A stretch of 64,000 nucleotides of DNA, taken from Sphaerodactylus townsendi. Taxonomy: Eukaryota. The stretch lies in assembly GCF_021028975.2 (NCBI RefSeq), contig NC_059428.1, positions 74,896,001 through 74,960,000 of the forward strand, in the 5' to 3' direction. Position 1 is the stretch's first letter. Each line of letters starts with the position of its first letter. Below the pieces are notes generated by a model. That model saw only the letters and a list, made by a program, of their open reading frames with translations. It was not told the origin of the DNA and ran no database searches. Both the position numbers and the translations under genes were made by a program. Shown here piece by piece: positions 9,901 through 23,165 of this stretch.

Positions 9901-12900
9901 TTGTCGAAAGAAAAAGAAACTTGCCAGAACTTTATTTTTTATAGAAAGAGATCGTTGTCGTTTGCACCCTTGACTAGAAAGCAAAACTCTTTCGTCTCAC
10001 TGTGATTCTCCCATCTATTCCCACCCACCCAAGAAATGTACCTTAGTTTTTCTTAGGACTTTCCAGGTGAGATTCCCATCTATCTGTTATGTACCCTGGA
10101 CCATTTTGGGCCTACTACAAGTAAGAGACGTGTGCAAATTGTGTGGATGGTTGCGTATTTTATTTATTTACTTCATTTATCATCCACCTTCTTCACTAAA
10201 ACTCAAACCAGGTTGCAAAATAAACAAAAACAATTCAGTCATAAAATAGCCAATGAGCAATGCAGTAGGATTACAGTATTTTTGAAGAAAATATGAAAAC
10301 TGCCCAAGGCATGACATACCTTAAGCAATGTAGAGAGTGAATTAAAAATCAGAAGAGAGTTCTGTAAAAGTAACATGTATGGTGAGCATTGGAATAGACT
10401 AGAATCATATTCCTTTGTAAAAGTGATTTCCTGGGCTTCCTTTTAAATTACCCTTAAAAAATGGCTTCCTGTTTTGCACTTTCTGTGGAATGACAGCAGA
10501 GTGGAAACCTTCCTGACCTTTGGCAAGCCATTTCATAAAATGGGAGCCACAACAGAGAATGCCTGTGTACAGGCAGTTGCTGATCTTATTTGCTGGGTGT
10601 CATTCTCATTTGTTCAAACAAGAAAAGCTATCATAGGGGATTATAGCAGAAGAATTGATATTGCAAGTATGTGGGTCCAAGGCCATTAAGGGATTTGTAG
10701 ATGTTAACCTAATACCCTGAACTGAACCTGGTGGTAACTTATTGAGAATCGTGGAGTGACTGCAGAATAGGTATGGTATGAAAGCTGTTTCATTTTTCTT
10801 CTCAAAACACTGTGACGTGCTGTTGTTGATTTTTTTATAGATGACTTTTAACACTGAAGAAGCCCACAGTATTGTAAAGGACGTAAGTTAAGCTTCTTTG
10901 ATATATTTAATATGCCTCTGATTAGTGCTGTTTTCTTATTTGACTAATAACATTAGGAAAAATGTTCATCTACAGAAGACTTACTCAATATATTTACAAG
11001 AAATTCTGAATTTTGTAAATGGTCAAGACAATTAATATCAATTACCTTGAATTTTAATCAGAAAATATTTTGTTCGTGTTCTGTTTCATTCTGCTCAGGA
11101 GAACACAGAATATACTCTGTAGTTCTGTGTTTCGGGTCTAAGAGATTTCGGATCTCCAGGCTTCTCCCTCTATTAAACTCTTCTGCTATCCTACGAGCAT
11201 GTCTGAGAATTGCTGTGTTTGCTGCGACTAAGAGACATTAGTCGCAGCAAACTGTGACTGATTAACTGTGGATAGTTAAATCCACAGACTCCCTATGTCT
11301 GCTGAAAAATCTGACATGGCAGGGAGGGGGGGAGCCTTGATTGTTGAGAGACAAAGGGAGGGAGAGAAGGGGAAAACCTTGGCATGCCAAGAGGGAGGAA
11401 GAATCCTTGGCATGCTGTTGAGAGGGGGGGAAGCCTTGGGGCGCTTCTGAGGGTTGGTAGGGTGGGTGTGCGGGAACGTCAACCCACCTATCTTTGCAAG
11501 TTTCTTATGGTTCTCCACTTGTCTGTATGCTAATAGTAAAGGTAGTCAGATCTGAAGATACTTTAATCTGATGAGTGGAGTTGCAAACAGGCAAGACAGA
11601 CCTTTCTACAAACCTGAAAAATTCCCCAGCTTTGCAGAAGAACCTGAAATCTTTAAAAGATACATTGGGGTTTTTAGATACCGTATATACTTGCGTATAA
11701 GCCAAATTTTTCAGCCCTGTTTTAAGGCTGAAAAATGCCCCTCGGCTTATACATGAGTCACCGGGCTCTTCAGGCCTCTGCCGAGGCTGGGGGCGTGGCC
11801 CAGGACGACCTCCCTGCGGCTGCATAAGCCTCTTGTTGCTGCCCTCCTGGGAGGGGGAAAGGGAGGCAAAGGGAGCTCCTAATTTGGGCAGTGACATCAG
11901 GAGGAGTCACTGCCCAAATAAGGAGCTCCCTCTGCCTGCTGGCTGGCTGGGCTTCTTCAAACCCCAGCTTTCCACCCTCGGCTTATACGTGAGTCAATAA
12001 GTTTTCGCAGGCTTTGGTGGTAAAATTAGGTGCCTCGGCTTATACACCGGTTGGCTTATACACGAGTATATACGATAGTTTGCAGAAAGCCAGGTCAGTG
12101 GGAGCTTTCCTGACTTCTCCAGGTAGACCATTTCACAAGGGAGTAGCCCCAACAGACTCAACTAAATTATTGCTAGAAGTTCTTACACATTCTGTTTCTG
12201 CTGATTTTTTCCCATTGTGGTGGATTCTGTACAGAAAGTACAGTATACTATTTCTAAGACTTATCCCAGTGAATTGTGTTTCTAAGTTTAAGATCTGCAG
12301 CTTGGGATAACAAATTAGAAATTATCTGCAGCATTTGAGTTATCTTGCAAATAATTGTGTAAGTAAATTCATTGTATAAATTGATTCTTATATGTTTTAT
12401 CATGTTTCCATATTCAGTGCATAGAAGGTGTTCTGGGCAAGGCAGATTACAATCATGACAAAGTTAATCATTGGACCGCAGCTATAGTAGAACAGTCTCT
12501 AACACATCTGGTAAAACTGGGGAAAACATATAAATACATTGGTAAGTATGTATATATGTGTGCAAATTTTATGTTATTTCTGGCTAAAAATGATTTTAAG
12601 GTCCATTTCTGGAGACAGGAGATACTCTTCAGGTTCCATGCACTTTTCCCTATACCCGCCTAGATCCCTGAAGGCCCTTTTGATATGTTTTCTAGCTTAC
12701 TAATTTTTATTGTAATAAATGTATGTAAATGTTGGGCTGAGATCTAAGAAACTGTGGATTGGATTCAGCCATCTTTTTAATTGAATATTGCCCAGTTTCC
12801 CTCCCTATACTGCCCTGCCCCCATCCCAGATGGCTTTTGTACATGCTGGTTCTGTAACACCCAACATAGCGTTTTTGACTTCTCCTTTCTTTTTCACCAG

Positions 12901-15900
12901 CAGAAAAGCTGATTGGATCCAATCCTGGGGCATCTACTTAAATGCAGTGTTTTTCATCACCAGTAAAAGAGATTACAGAATATTACTTAGTGAATTCTGT
13001 GAATCAATGGAACTTGCTTCAAGCGATGGATTTACAGTAGACCATAATACTTATTTAAACTGTGTGTGTATGTCTTCAGACTGACTCATATAACAAGAAA
13101 GTGCTTGGTGAAAGCATAAAGTTACCAAAAGGTTTACTGATCTTGGTCAGTTACACACAAGGTGTTGGCTGCATGGTGGAGGCAAATGTCCTCTGCAGTA
13201 TGGACATATTTCCTCTAGCCCTGCTTTCACTTTCCACTCTCTCTGCAGCAAGCAAATCCATTTATAGCACTATTTTAATTTTGCTTTGCTGCCAGAGTGG
13301 GACAGATTTGCTAGTGTGCACAGTTTTACCCAGGACCTCTTCCCTCTGCCTGCAGCCACCTAGTCTTACCCCAACACTCCCTCATGCTGCTTTGAATGCT
13401 TCCCCCTTGACTTCCTCCCTATGGCCGACTACTTCCTGCTCCTTGTCCTGTCATATTATTTCTATTGCCCATGCCCTCCCTGCACCTGCATGTCTTTAGA
13501 TTTAAAAAATGAAATAACCATATCGATTGATTGACAAATTGATACTAACAGTGAAAAAAGTGAAAATAATAAGACTAGTCAATCAGTCCAAACACCTGAT
13601 TTGCCCCTGCATTTGATCAACATACTGGGACATCTCCAGCCCATCGGTCTTTGGCACTTGGGTTTACAGCACATTGGGAGACAGTTCCTTTAAAAATATT
13701 GCTTCTTCATTAGGCACAGGAAGTCACACTTTTGTATTTCATGCTTGGCTGGTTTATCTTCCTGGTGCAATGCAGCAGTACTTGTTTATAACAGAATTGG
13801 TTACTACCACAAAGATCATTTTTCCCAGAGGCTACTGATTATCCTGCAGTAGAAGATTAACTTGGCATTTTTAGTAGATTCTGCATAAACCTACAATCTT
13901 AAGCTTTCTGAAGAGAACAGTCCACTTCTTTGAAATAAGGAGAAATACCTCTCTTTCCCTGAGAGAGCAGAATATGGTGGTAGAGCATCTGCTTAGAATG
14001 CAGAGGGTCCCAGGTTCAGTCCCCAGCATCTCCAGCTAAGGGGTAGTGGGTGATGTTGAAGACAGAGACCCACTGCTCGTCTGAGTGGACAGACTAAGAT
14101 GGACACAGATGGACTAATAGACTGATTCAGTACAAGGCAGCTTCAGGTGTCCCCAAAAGGAAACCTGAGAGATTTAGCTGAGAGGCACTTCACATATTCT
14201 GCTGTAGTATAAATGAAGTTTGTCTTGCTCTCATATTCCCATCTAGGCTGTTCTGTACTATAAAACATTCCTGGGGGGAAAGTGGGCTGGTTTGAATAAT
14301 TTGTCCCTGTTTTGCTTTCTTAGGCGTTTTCCACACAGAAAAGGGCTTGTGTGACTCCTTTGTGACAGCCAGCATACTGGCAGGAGGGCTCCCATATGGC
14401 AGGTTTCCTTGCATTTTCGCTGCCCCAGTTGCCTGTTTTCTCTTCCGCCAGGTGCTTTTTGAAGGTTTTTTTAATCAGCTATTGACAAATCATTAATAGG
14501 GTCCTCTAAATTTCCAGTTTTCTAAATTAAGTCTTTATCTCTTTTTTTCTTGCAGATAAATTGGGGCAAGGCATATCTCCATAATGAAAGGAGTTAGAAA
14601 CTTTCTAGCAAAATGAAATCTGGAAATTCAAAGATCCTAATAAACAGATTGTCAGAATACGTCAATTGCTGATTTTTTTTTAAAGCCTTGTGGTGGCAGA
14701 AGGAAATGGCCATATTGGGGGACAGGGCAGGACAAAGGGGTTGTGGCTCTTTCCTAAAACATCACAACTGGTTTGGGAAAGATTACAGGAAAGACCAGAT
14801 AAGCCTGAGAAGCGCAGAAGCACCACAGTGCTGTGGGGAAGCAGGAATACAAACCCACTTCCTAATATAATCTAAGCACAGGTGACCATCGCATGCGTAA
14901 CTGACCTAACAAACTGACAGATTTTGTTCTTCTTTCAGTTACATGTGCAGTGATGCAGAAGTGTGGAGCTGGTTTGCACACAGCAAGCTCATGTTTTTGG
15001 GATACCACAACTGATGGTAAGTGCTACGCCCAGAATCTAGACAGATGACTTCATTGGGAAAAAAGCAAGACCTTTTATTTCATTATTAATAGGAAATTCT
15101 GTATATAATGATTGAAAGGCTGTTTAACAGGATATTTAAAATAATATAATTTGTATTGTCTGGAATTAGGATAATTAGGCCAGAACAAGACACAGTTGCT
15201 TGTAATCTGTCTCCAACTCATTGTTTTAATAAAAAGGAGCTTTTTAATAAAAAGAAGATGCTTCATTGCCAACTGCTGTCCCACACAAAAATGCTTGCAG
15301 CCCCACAGGAAAAGATATGGGTCCGCATAATTTTTTGCAAAGAGAAGAAACACATCTTGAGAGGAGGAGTTTGAGACTGTTGGTAAAAGAGTTAAGTAGT
15401 CTCTTCTCCCACCAGTCCTCCATTCATTATATCAGGTTCTCACAGCTGTGTTTGTCAAGAAAAAATACATTGAGAGAAAGCTTCATGCCGTTCCAAATAA
15501 TCATGTTTGGCCCTTAGTGCCAGAAATGTGGTTAAATGGAAGTGCAGCACAGCTGCCTGCTCTGTAAAGTACATATGTCCTTGCCACTTGTTTTTTTCTT
15601 CCATTTTAAGGCCCTAATTTTCAGGCAATAACAGCTTGAACCTTATCATTTGTAGTCCATCTGTCTCTCATTTACAACAAGACTAATTTGAAGGTAAAGC
15701 AGAGAAAAATGAATTGTTAGCAGTATGTTTTTAAGGCAGAAAATGTTCTCCTTCGTTTTATTAGCTTAGTGTTCACATCAGCCTGTGCAATGAAGCCTTA
15801 GTCTATGTACACATATTTAGGGAGCTCATTTGCTGCCCAAGGAGAAGAGAAAGTGGCCAAGGGCCCATAGTAAAACACTGAACAATCAATTTTGTGGAAT

Positions 15901-17956
15901 AAAAACTGGCCACAGCCTGTTTTGTTCATTTGCTGGTTAAGATAGCAGGAGCGCAGCATAGGGGGACTGATTCAACCACTGTGCAGCATCCTTGCTATCC
16001 CTCAGTGCTACCCTTCCCCCAGGCTGAGGGAACTGGGAGCAGCAGGACAGCGGGAGCCATCTGGGTGCTAGTCTCTAAATGAAACTTGCTGCCTGGGAGT
16101 GCAAGCCACCTTCTATCCCTTTCTGGGCATGCAGCAGCAAGGCTCACCCCACCCCCAAGGCTCCCTATGGGGCCCCCCACAAATGTGGAGGGCTAGCAGA
16201 TCAGTCCCTATGTGCAAGCCGCCTAGCTGTGACAAATTAAACAACAAACAAGCAAACAAAATGCATGGAATGCAGAAAAAGAGAGTGGGAAGAGCTGGCA
16301 GAAGAGGCAGAAGCCTGCTTCAATGGCCTTAAATGGCTAGGCCACCTCCACTCCACCCCTCAGCCACCTCACCTGCTCATGCCAGCCGGCCTTTAGCAGC
16401 CCCACCCCTGTGGACACCATGCAGCCGGCATGGGGGCAGATCCTCAACCCCTCCCCCGCTCCTGGGCAGCAACAATAATCCCCTTTAAGTCCTGGGCCGC
16501 GCTTTATAAAACATGCATCTTTAGCAATCATGAGAAAAAGTTTAATGTGGTAGTTAAGTTGGTAATGTTCATCCGTTCTATATAAATCCCTGTGAAGGAA
16601 AAAGTGATTGGTCAGCCTGTTTCATTCTCAGTTACCTAGTAAGCAACAGTAGAACTTATTTCTTTTCATTTTGAAGAACATGCTAACGAAAAGGGAAAAC
16701 ATGTCATTATCAGAAACACTAAGATACTTGGCACACTTGAGCTAGCCACAAGAATTAAAGAGTTTTGAATATGATAAATTGCTAATAAACACACACAGGT
16801 TCTGTGGCTATTTAATATTTACATTAATATGAGGGGAAGGGAAAGGAGATTGTAAGCCCCTTCTGAGTCTTCTTGAAGGAGAGAAAGGGAGGGGGGAATG
16901 GTATAAATCCGAACTCTTCTTTTTCTTCTTCCTTCTTCTTCCTTCTTCTTCTAATATTGACTTTCATGCCCTTGGCTTTGGTGTTTGGAGTGGACCCTGC
17001 CTTCTCTGCTGGGTGACAGCAACAGCCGCTCATATTGGAGAAAGTCCACCTTTTGGTACCGAAGAGGGAAGGCAGATGTATATCGGGAATTCATTGTTAA
17101 TGCTTTAAATTTAATTTTCTATAATGATGGCTCATTTTAAATTGCTGTGGCATGTAGAGATGGCAGATAAGACTTCCCCCTCCCCATGCTGTTTTCCTGG
17201 CTTCACATAGCCCCCAGGACAGGAAAATGGCACAGGTGTAACCTCTCCCCTCATGTATTATGGGTCCCCCCATGTGTCTGAATATTAAGTTTTATTTTTT
17301 AAAGAAAATCACTGCGGGCTCCAAATATGGATCACCCATCTCACATCTGATTCAGCCGTGAGTTAAACAGAAGCAGGCTTTTATCCAGGAGGCAGTAATG
17401 TTCTAAGGGCAGCTTTCCCAAATAATCAGTTTCCCCAGAAATGGGTCAGAGGGTGGGAGGGGAAAACATGGAAGATACCCAGCCATCAGCACATGCTGCT
17501 GATGAATTACTGGGTTCCATCCAAGTCCTGAACTGAAGACATAGTATGTTCTGAACAGAGAATCATATTGTCTATGTATATATTATAGCAGTGGGTCATG
17601 GTCAGAGCTAGAATCTCAGTGTGGTTTACCAACAGACTCTATGCTCTTCATGTGCTTTTAATATTATTAAAGATTTTCTATTACTAAAGGCATTGTCTGA
17701 GTTTTTAACCTAAGCATGTTTACTCAGTAAGCCCACATTAATTTCCTGTTAAGCACAGCTCATACCGTAGCAAGGGAAATGTTCTGTTTGTTATTTTTGC
17801 AAAGGAGTTTATGGTTGATACCTTTCCCACTCAAGACTGAGAAGAAAACCTGACTACTTTTTTCTTAAATCCATTATAGGTACCTGCACAGTCAGATGGG
17901 AAAATCGAACAATGAACTGTGTTGTGAATGTTTTTGCTGTAGCCATTCTCCTGTAG
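9383..17956 (+). CDS. DYNLT3: Dynein light chain Tctex-type 3, 5 coding exons (9383-9412, 10841-10882, 12418-12541, 14939-15016, 17880-17956), 116 aa
   Basis: Spliced translation [10 protein letters not shown]|[14 protein letters not shown]|[41 protein letters not shown]|[26 protein letters not shown]|[25 protein letters not shown]. Exons sum to 351 nt, all introns GT-AG, and the gene is convergent with CYBB as in mammals. Confidence 0.96.
10841..10882 (+). CDS. DYNLT3: DYNLT3 exon 2 ([14 protein letters not shown])
   Basis: Acceptor ttttttatag, donor gtaagt, 42 nt in frame. Confidence 0.93.
11681..12075. mobile_element. Tc1/mariner-pogo superfamily MITE in DYNLT3 intron 2
   Basis: TA-CCGTATATACTTGCGTATAAGCC ... 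GGCTTATACACGAGTATATACGA-TA; internal repeats of ctcggcttatac. Confidence 0.8.
12418..12541 (+). CDS. DYNLT3: DYNLT3 exon 3
   Basis: Acceptor tattcag, donor G|gtaagt; encodes [23 protein letters not shown]. Confidence 0.96.
13224..13340 (+). repeat. Unclassified interspersed repeat, second copy at about 37782-37895
   Basis: Both loci share ctttcactttccactctctctg and gctgccagagtgggacagatttg. Confidence 0.6.
13975..14150 (+). mobile_element. tRNA-derived SINE remnant
   Basis: tggtagagcatctgc...ggtcccaggttcagtccccagcatctccag with A- and B-box-like head. Confidence 0.6.
14939..15016 (+). CDS. DYNLT3: DYNLT3 exon 4
   Basis: Acceptor tctttcag, donor G|gtaagt; encodes the Tctex motif HTASSCFWD. 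Confidence 0.96.
16831..16951 (+). mobile_element. 3' fragment of the same SINE family
   Basis: ggagattgtaagcccc...tataaatccgaactcttct and (CTT)n tail; flanked by taatat on both sides. Confidence 0.7.
17880..17956 (+). CDS. DYNLT3: DYNLT3 exon 5, coding part to TAG
   Basis: Acceptor ccattatag; encodes [25 protein letters not shown]. Confidence 0.96.
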
Positions 17957-18103
17957 CCAGCTGAACAAGGCACTTTAAGTTACACCAAAGCCTTTAAGAA
18001 CAAACTATCAAATAGAGTTCAGTGTAAGAATTATTTTAAAAATGTAGTATTTATACACTAAAGTGATATGAACTATGCTTTTAAGAGGTCTCTGCACAAA
18101 GTG

Positions 18104-18177
18104 TATATGATGGTAAAATATTGTTAACATATATGATGGTAAAATATTATTAACATATATGATGGTAAAATATTATT
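18104..18177 (+). repeat. 26-bp minisatellite, about 3 copies, just after the DYNLT3 stop
   Basis: Unit atatgatggtaaaatattrttaacat. Confidence 0.85.
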
Positions 18178-19820
18178 TCTCAGTTTAGCCGGCCGGAAGC
18201 TTCCAAAAGGCAACGGTTCAAACGTTCGAGATCTGTGAATCTTTTTCTCCCATTAAGAACATCCATGTTTGCACCAACATACTGATGCTGCCGTTCACAG
18301 AGGTTTAAGAAAAGCCTAACAGTGGAAGAGACTATGATATATAAATAATACACTTTGTGTTGAGTAACAGATGTTAATGGTTTACAGTAGTAATTTCATG
18401 CTGTTTCATAGACTTCCTTCGAAGTTTATTACAATTTTTTTCAATAGAATGGCAGACTAGCTTCCCTTCAGGATAGCATGTCCACCTCTGCAAAGTGGAA
18501 TTTAATTGGAGTGCTAGTATGTTCTAGGGCCCCCGTTCTGGTGGTGAGGCCCTATAAGGCCCAAGCCAGTACCTCATGTGAAGTGAAAGAACACTTTCGG
18601 CATGCACTTTTGATTCCATGTGAGATGCTATGGATTTTCTCAGGGATGCACAATATTCCCTCAGAGTAGTAAGATTGATTATCACAGCTTTTGGGCTGCA
18701 AATAAGGCTATTTGATAGTGCTTGTTATAGAATATTTCAAAGTATGGCAAGAGGACAGAAAAAAACACCTGAAGGTATATTTTAAAAATTTCTGCTGTTA
18801 AGGCACAAAATACTCACAGGCCAAAGCACCTGCTTTTCTCATACATATCATGAATGTTCTGCACGTGAATGTAGTTCTGGTCCTGCAACCAGTAGCCATC
18901 AGCACTTTGTTTTATATGCTGTTGAGACTTATTCTTCAGGGCTCTTAAGATTTATTCCCTAAGTTAGAAAAAAATTGGGTTAACCCAGTCTGCAGTATGC
19001 GGTAGTAATTGACAGCTCAGTGGGATATCAACAGAATGTAATAAAAAGAAGAGTAAGCACAACACCATGGAGCACGTTATAACTGCATTATAGTCATGTT
19101 ATGCCACTGAAGAGATTCAAACATAAAGACACTTAGGACTGGGATATAAAATATCGGTAAAGTTGTGTAATCTTCATTATCTGGCATATATTTAAACAGA
19201 TGTTCTGATTAAATAACAGCCTTTCCCCTTTGAATTATTGTATAGTGATGTGCCTTAGTCAAAACAATATAGAAATCAGGATTCATATGTGGAACTTTGA
19301 AACATACACTTGAGATTGGGGATCACTGTGTTTACATTTTAAGATACACTTATCAAAAGCATACTCCCAACCCATGAAATAAATATGACTGATACTATGC
19401 TCACATGCTTGGCCATAAGGTCTGGGGAACTCAGAGGGACTTACATCTAAGTTACGGGAATAGATTGAACATCTGACTTATGCCTGGGGGTTTGACATAA
19501 GCAGTTAAAAATAGGGATAATTCCTGCTTATGGGGGAGTAAAGTGTACTGAATGCAGTGAAATCATAAACAGACACGACCAGAATTGGGCTTCATGTATT
19601 GTTATGGCCAGATCTCTAAAATTTAAGAAATGTTCTATCTCAATCAAATGAATAATTCTATTTCCCTGTTTAGGTGAATCTAACAAGTGATACAAAAATG
19701 CATCATATTGTGGTTACTTGTTATCTTTATTAGAATTTGAAACCTACGCTAATACATTCATCATTTGGTATTTTGAAAGCACGAAAAGCAAAGACAATGC
19801 TGCAAGTCCAAGTTCTATAT

Positions 19821-20341
19821 CAGTGATGGCGAACCTATGGTACGGGTGCCAGAGGTGGCACTCAGAGCCCTCTCTGTGGGCACGCACAAACAGAGTTTGT
19901 CATGGGGGGGGGGGAATTGCTCCCCCCCCCACATCTAGGCTGGCCTGGGCCACTGGGCTCAATTATTAGCATTAAACCTAATTTTGGGGAAGCAATATAG
20001 GTAACCCTGTTAAGCACTGTTAAACCCCACTGATTTTCACGCAAAGAAAAAAGCGCGATCCTTTACCTGGAAGTAAGCTCGGTTGCTGGCAATGGGGCTT
20101 CTGAGTAAACCCTCCTAGGGTCATGATTCACTAATTCGAAGAGTTGCATGGTTGCTTCAAAGCAAAGCCAACGACTATCACCAAGCTTACTCCTGAGTAA
20201 CACACACCTCAGAGCCAACCATTTTTTCTAAACTAAAACCTCAGTATTCAGGTTAAATTGCCATGTTGGCACTTGGCGATAAATAAGTGAGTTTTGGGTT
20301 ACAGTTTGGGCACTTGTTCTCAAAAAGGTTCGCCATCACTG
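19821..20341. mobile_element. hAT (Charlie-type) MITE, copy 1
   Basis: TIR CAGTGATGGCGAACC / GGTTCGCCATCACTG; exact TSD TTCTATAT. Confidence 0.92.
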
Positions 20342-21913
20342 TTCTATATGTTTGGAAATGTTTGACCTCTGCAATAGATTTGCTGTGGATTACAGTAATG
20401 TTTAAGTATCAAAGTAGTTGTCTTCATGAAATTGTTATATATTAGGCCAAATAGCAAATATTTTCCAATTTAATACGGAGAAATGGTTGAAATTAATTCA
20501 CACATCTACAGCAAGAAAATTAAAATTGTTCCATGCAAGGTCCATTGTAGCTGTGGATTCATTTTTTTTATTTTATGAACATAAACTTTTTCCAGTTTTT
20601 TCCTGAAACAGCAAAAGACAATCTCTAAGGACAGAATATTTTTAGGGGTGGAAAGAGAGGGAATTATCATTTACATAGAGTTGTGGGAATCAGACATATG
20701 TAATATTCAGAAGGACTTGCTAGAAATCTCTGACCCTTAGACAGAGGCATAGGTGCAATTTTGGTTTTTTGTAAGTGTTTGTTACCTTGACTGAGACAGA
20801 TATTTCCACTAGCTGTTGGATTTCCAGGCTGCTTTTTTATGTACTTTGCTTTAATACTGAGACTCAAAACATACTATTGTGGTGAGATTGCACTAGAAAT
20901 TATGCTCGTATTATCAAAATAGCTACATTTTAAAAACTAAATAAATAAATAAAAAGATCTGCCTTAACCATACTCTTCGTGTTTTGTATGATTAAGAAAA
21001 AACTTGAATATGACTCATTTAAGTCTTGGGATCATCTTGGGATTAGGCCTTGATCACCATTATAAAGTTCTAAGATGACTTCTCAGTTAACACCTACCCA
21101 CCATACTATGTTGGGAGGGGGTTCAGTCCTCCACCAGCCTCATTTAAATGGTGGGAGCCCTGTGAACACACTGCAGTGTTCTTGCACAGTTCCCATTAAT
21201 TTAGTTTGGACTTTCACAGAGAATATCCTTATGGAATATAGCATCGTTGCTCCCCTCCCACACGATACCTTTTGCATATCTTTCTTCCATTTGTTCAGAC
21301 TTAGTGCTTTGTCAAAAATGATTTCCTTATACTCTGTGAAATATTAAAAGAAGAACCACATTTTTCAGATGCTTTGCTGAGCTGCAAGGGTTGAGGGAAT
21401 GAGCCAGAAGGAGGGGAGGTACAAAATAGTGTTGCTAAGCCTCATGAAGCTGTTTGTCTTCTTATATCCAGAAGGTGGCGTCAGCTCTTAACACAAATAA
21501 ACTGGGTGAAGAGACTGCATATAGCTGAATTGGTACAAAGCAAAATCTGAAAACAAAATGAGATCACACCTTTTATTAGACCCAACCAAAATAACACAAC
21601 ACCAAAAGCTTTCAAGTTCTCCACAGCCTTTTATCAGGAAAAAGGAAATGAAAAGATGGATGCTTTAAAAACCTTAAAATATAATTAATCAGAATGGTTT
21701 TTATGGTTTGAATTGCATGACTTCAACTGGGGGGAATGACTTGTTCTCAGTAAAGCATGGCTGAAACCTCTTATGTGCCACACATTATACCTCTTAAAAC
21801 TGGCAGAGCATTCTATCCAGGACCTCCATCCTCCCTCCTTTTAATTTTTTAATACCCAGTTCCAGAGAAGTTGAACACTTAATGCACAGTGTTATGTCAT
21901 TTTGGCTAATCTC

Positions 21914-22330
21914 ATTTATTATTTATTTCATTCTATTTATAGGCCACCCTTCCCCTTACAGGCGCAGGGAGGCTTCCAGCATAAAACGTAACAATCAAAT
22001 CAATATGCAATTAAACTAGATGGCGTAAAAAACAATTAAAATGTACCAATTTAAAAGAGAAATAGAATAATTTTAAGGGGAGGAGAAGGAGGGAGAGAGG
22101 GAGGCCTGCCTGATGGAATACCATTGCTGCCTCAACTGCCTGCCTCAAATTGAACAAATAATAATAACCATAGGCCGGCTGGAACAGATCTGTCTTACAG
22201 CCCCTATGAAGTTGTATCAGATCCCACAGGACCTGGGTCTCATCTGACAAAACATTCTACCAGGCTGGGACCAGGGCAGAAAGTGCCCTGACCTGGTCAA
22301 GGCCAGTAGGACAGCCTTAGGGACAGGAAT
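21914..22330 (-). mobile_element. L2 3' remnant
   Basis: gtcttacagccc...ttctaccaggctgggaccagggcagaaagtgccctg resembles the L2 3' region at 26460-26600; (TTTA)n at the left. Confidence 0.65.
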
Positions 22331-23165
22331 CACCTTTCTTTCAAAGAGTTATATGATTTTTTAATGTTAGATATGGAAACAGGCTGTTTAAAAAGCAAAA
22401 GGCAACACTGGCCTGTTGCTTACAGTTGAAAAATTCTATAAGCTCTGGTTATGTAAGAGCACATCATGTTGTTAATTACTTGTTTAATGCACCCTGCTTC
22501 ATAGCAAGAGTTTGTACTAGATCTTCTTTAAATTCCTTCAGATTCTGAGAGCCTTTTCCCGAAGATAGCAAATGAAGATCAGTGCTCGTACCACTGAACT
22601 AGACAAGCTGGCATACCCCATGCACAGGTGCCCATCCCACCTGTGCAAGGGACAAATGCACTGGTGGTGGGGGGGTCACTTACCTGGGCAGATGGGTTCT
22701 ACACAGCTTCTCAGCACCTGATCTGGAAGCTGCCACTGTTACCCAGGCCTGCTGTACAAAATGCTGTGCAGTGTAGTGGGGGTGGGTCAACCTTAGCCAG
22801 CCTCCACTGCCTGGCCGGGCTCCATATGCTGGCATAGGCTCTGGTTGAGATATGCCATGATTTTTGTAGCATATTTCTATTCCCCCGCATGGGGAATTTT
22901 CAGCCCTGTTTTCTTTCTTTTTTGCTTTGCTGGGGTTCCCATGCTGGAGTTCCAGCACTTTTCTGGGTTGGTTGGAGTGGTGCTATCCCAGCCATCCAGG
23001 CCACTCTGGATTGGCTGCAAGAGACCCACCTAGAGGCATTTTCAAAAGGAGGGGCAACTACCAAAAATAACCATGTGTCTGTTGAGTTGAATTTTAGAAT
23101 GCTAAATGCTAAGTCACAGGTCTGGGTGGTGAATTAACTCTCCTTCTAGAGTTCACACCTTAACA

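Noticed and set aside
13975-14050. tRNA gene
   Set aside because: A/B-box-like head without a full cloverleaf, continuing into SINE body
9383-17956. Alternative identity as DYNLT1
   Set aside because: 116-aa length, residues such as [12 protein letters not shown] and WENRTMNC, and linkage to CYBB indicate DYNLT3
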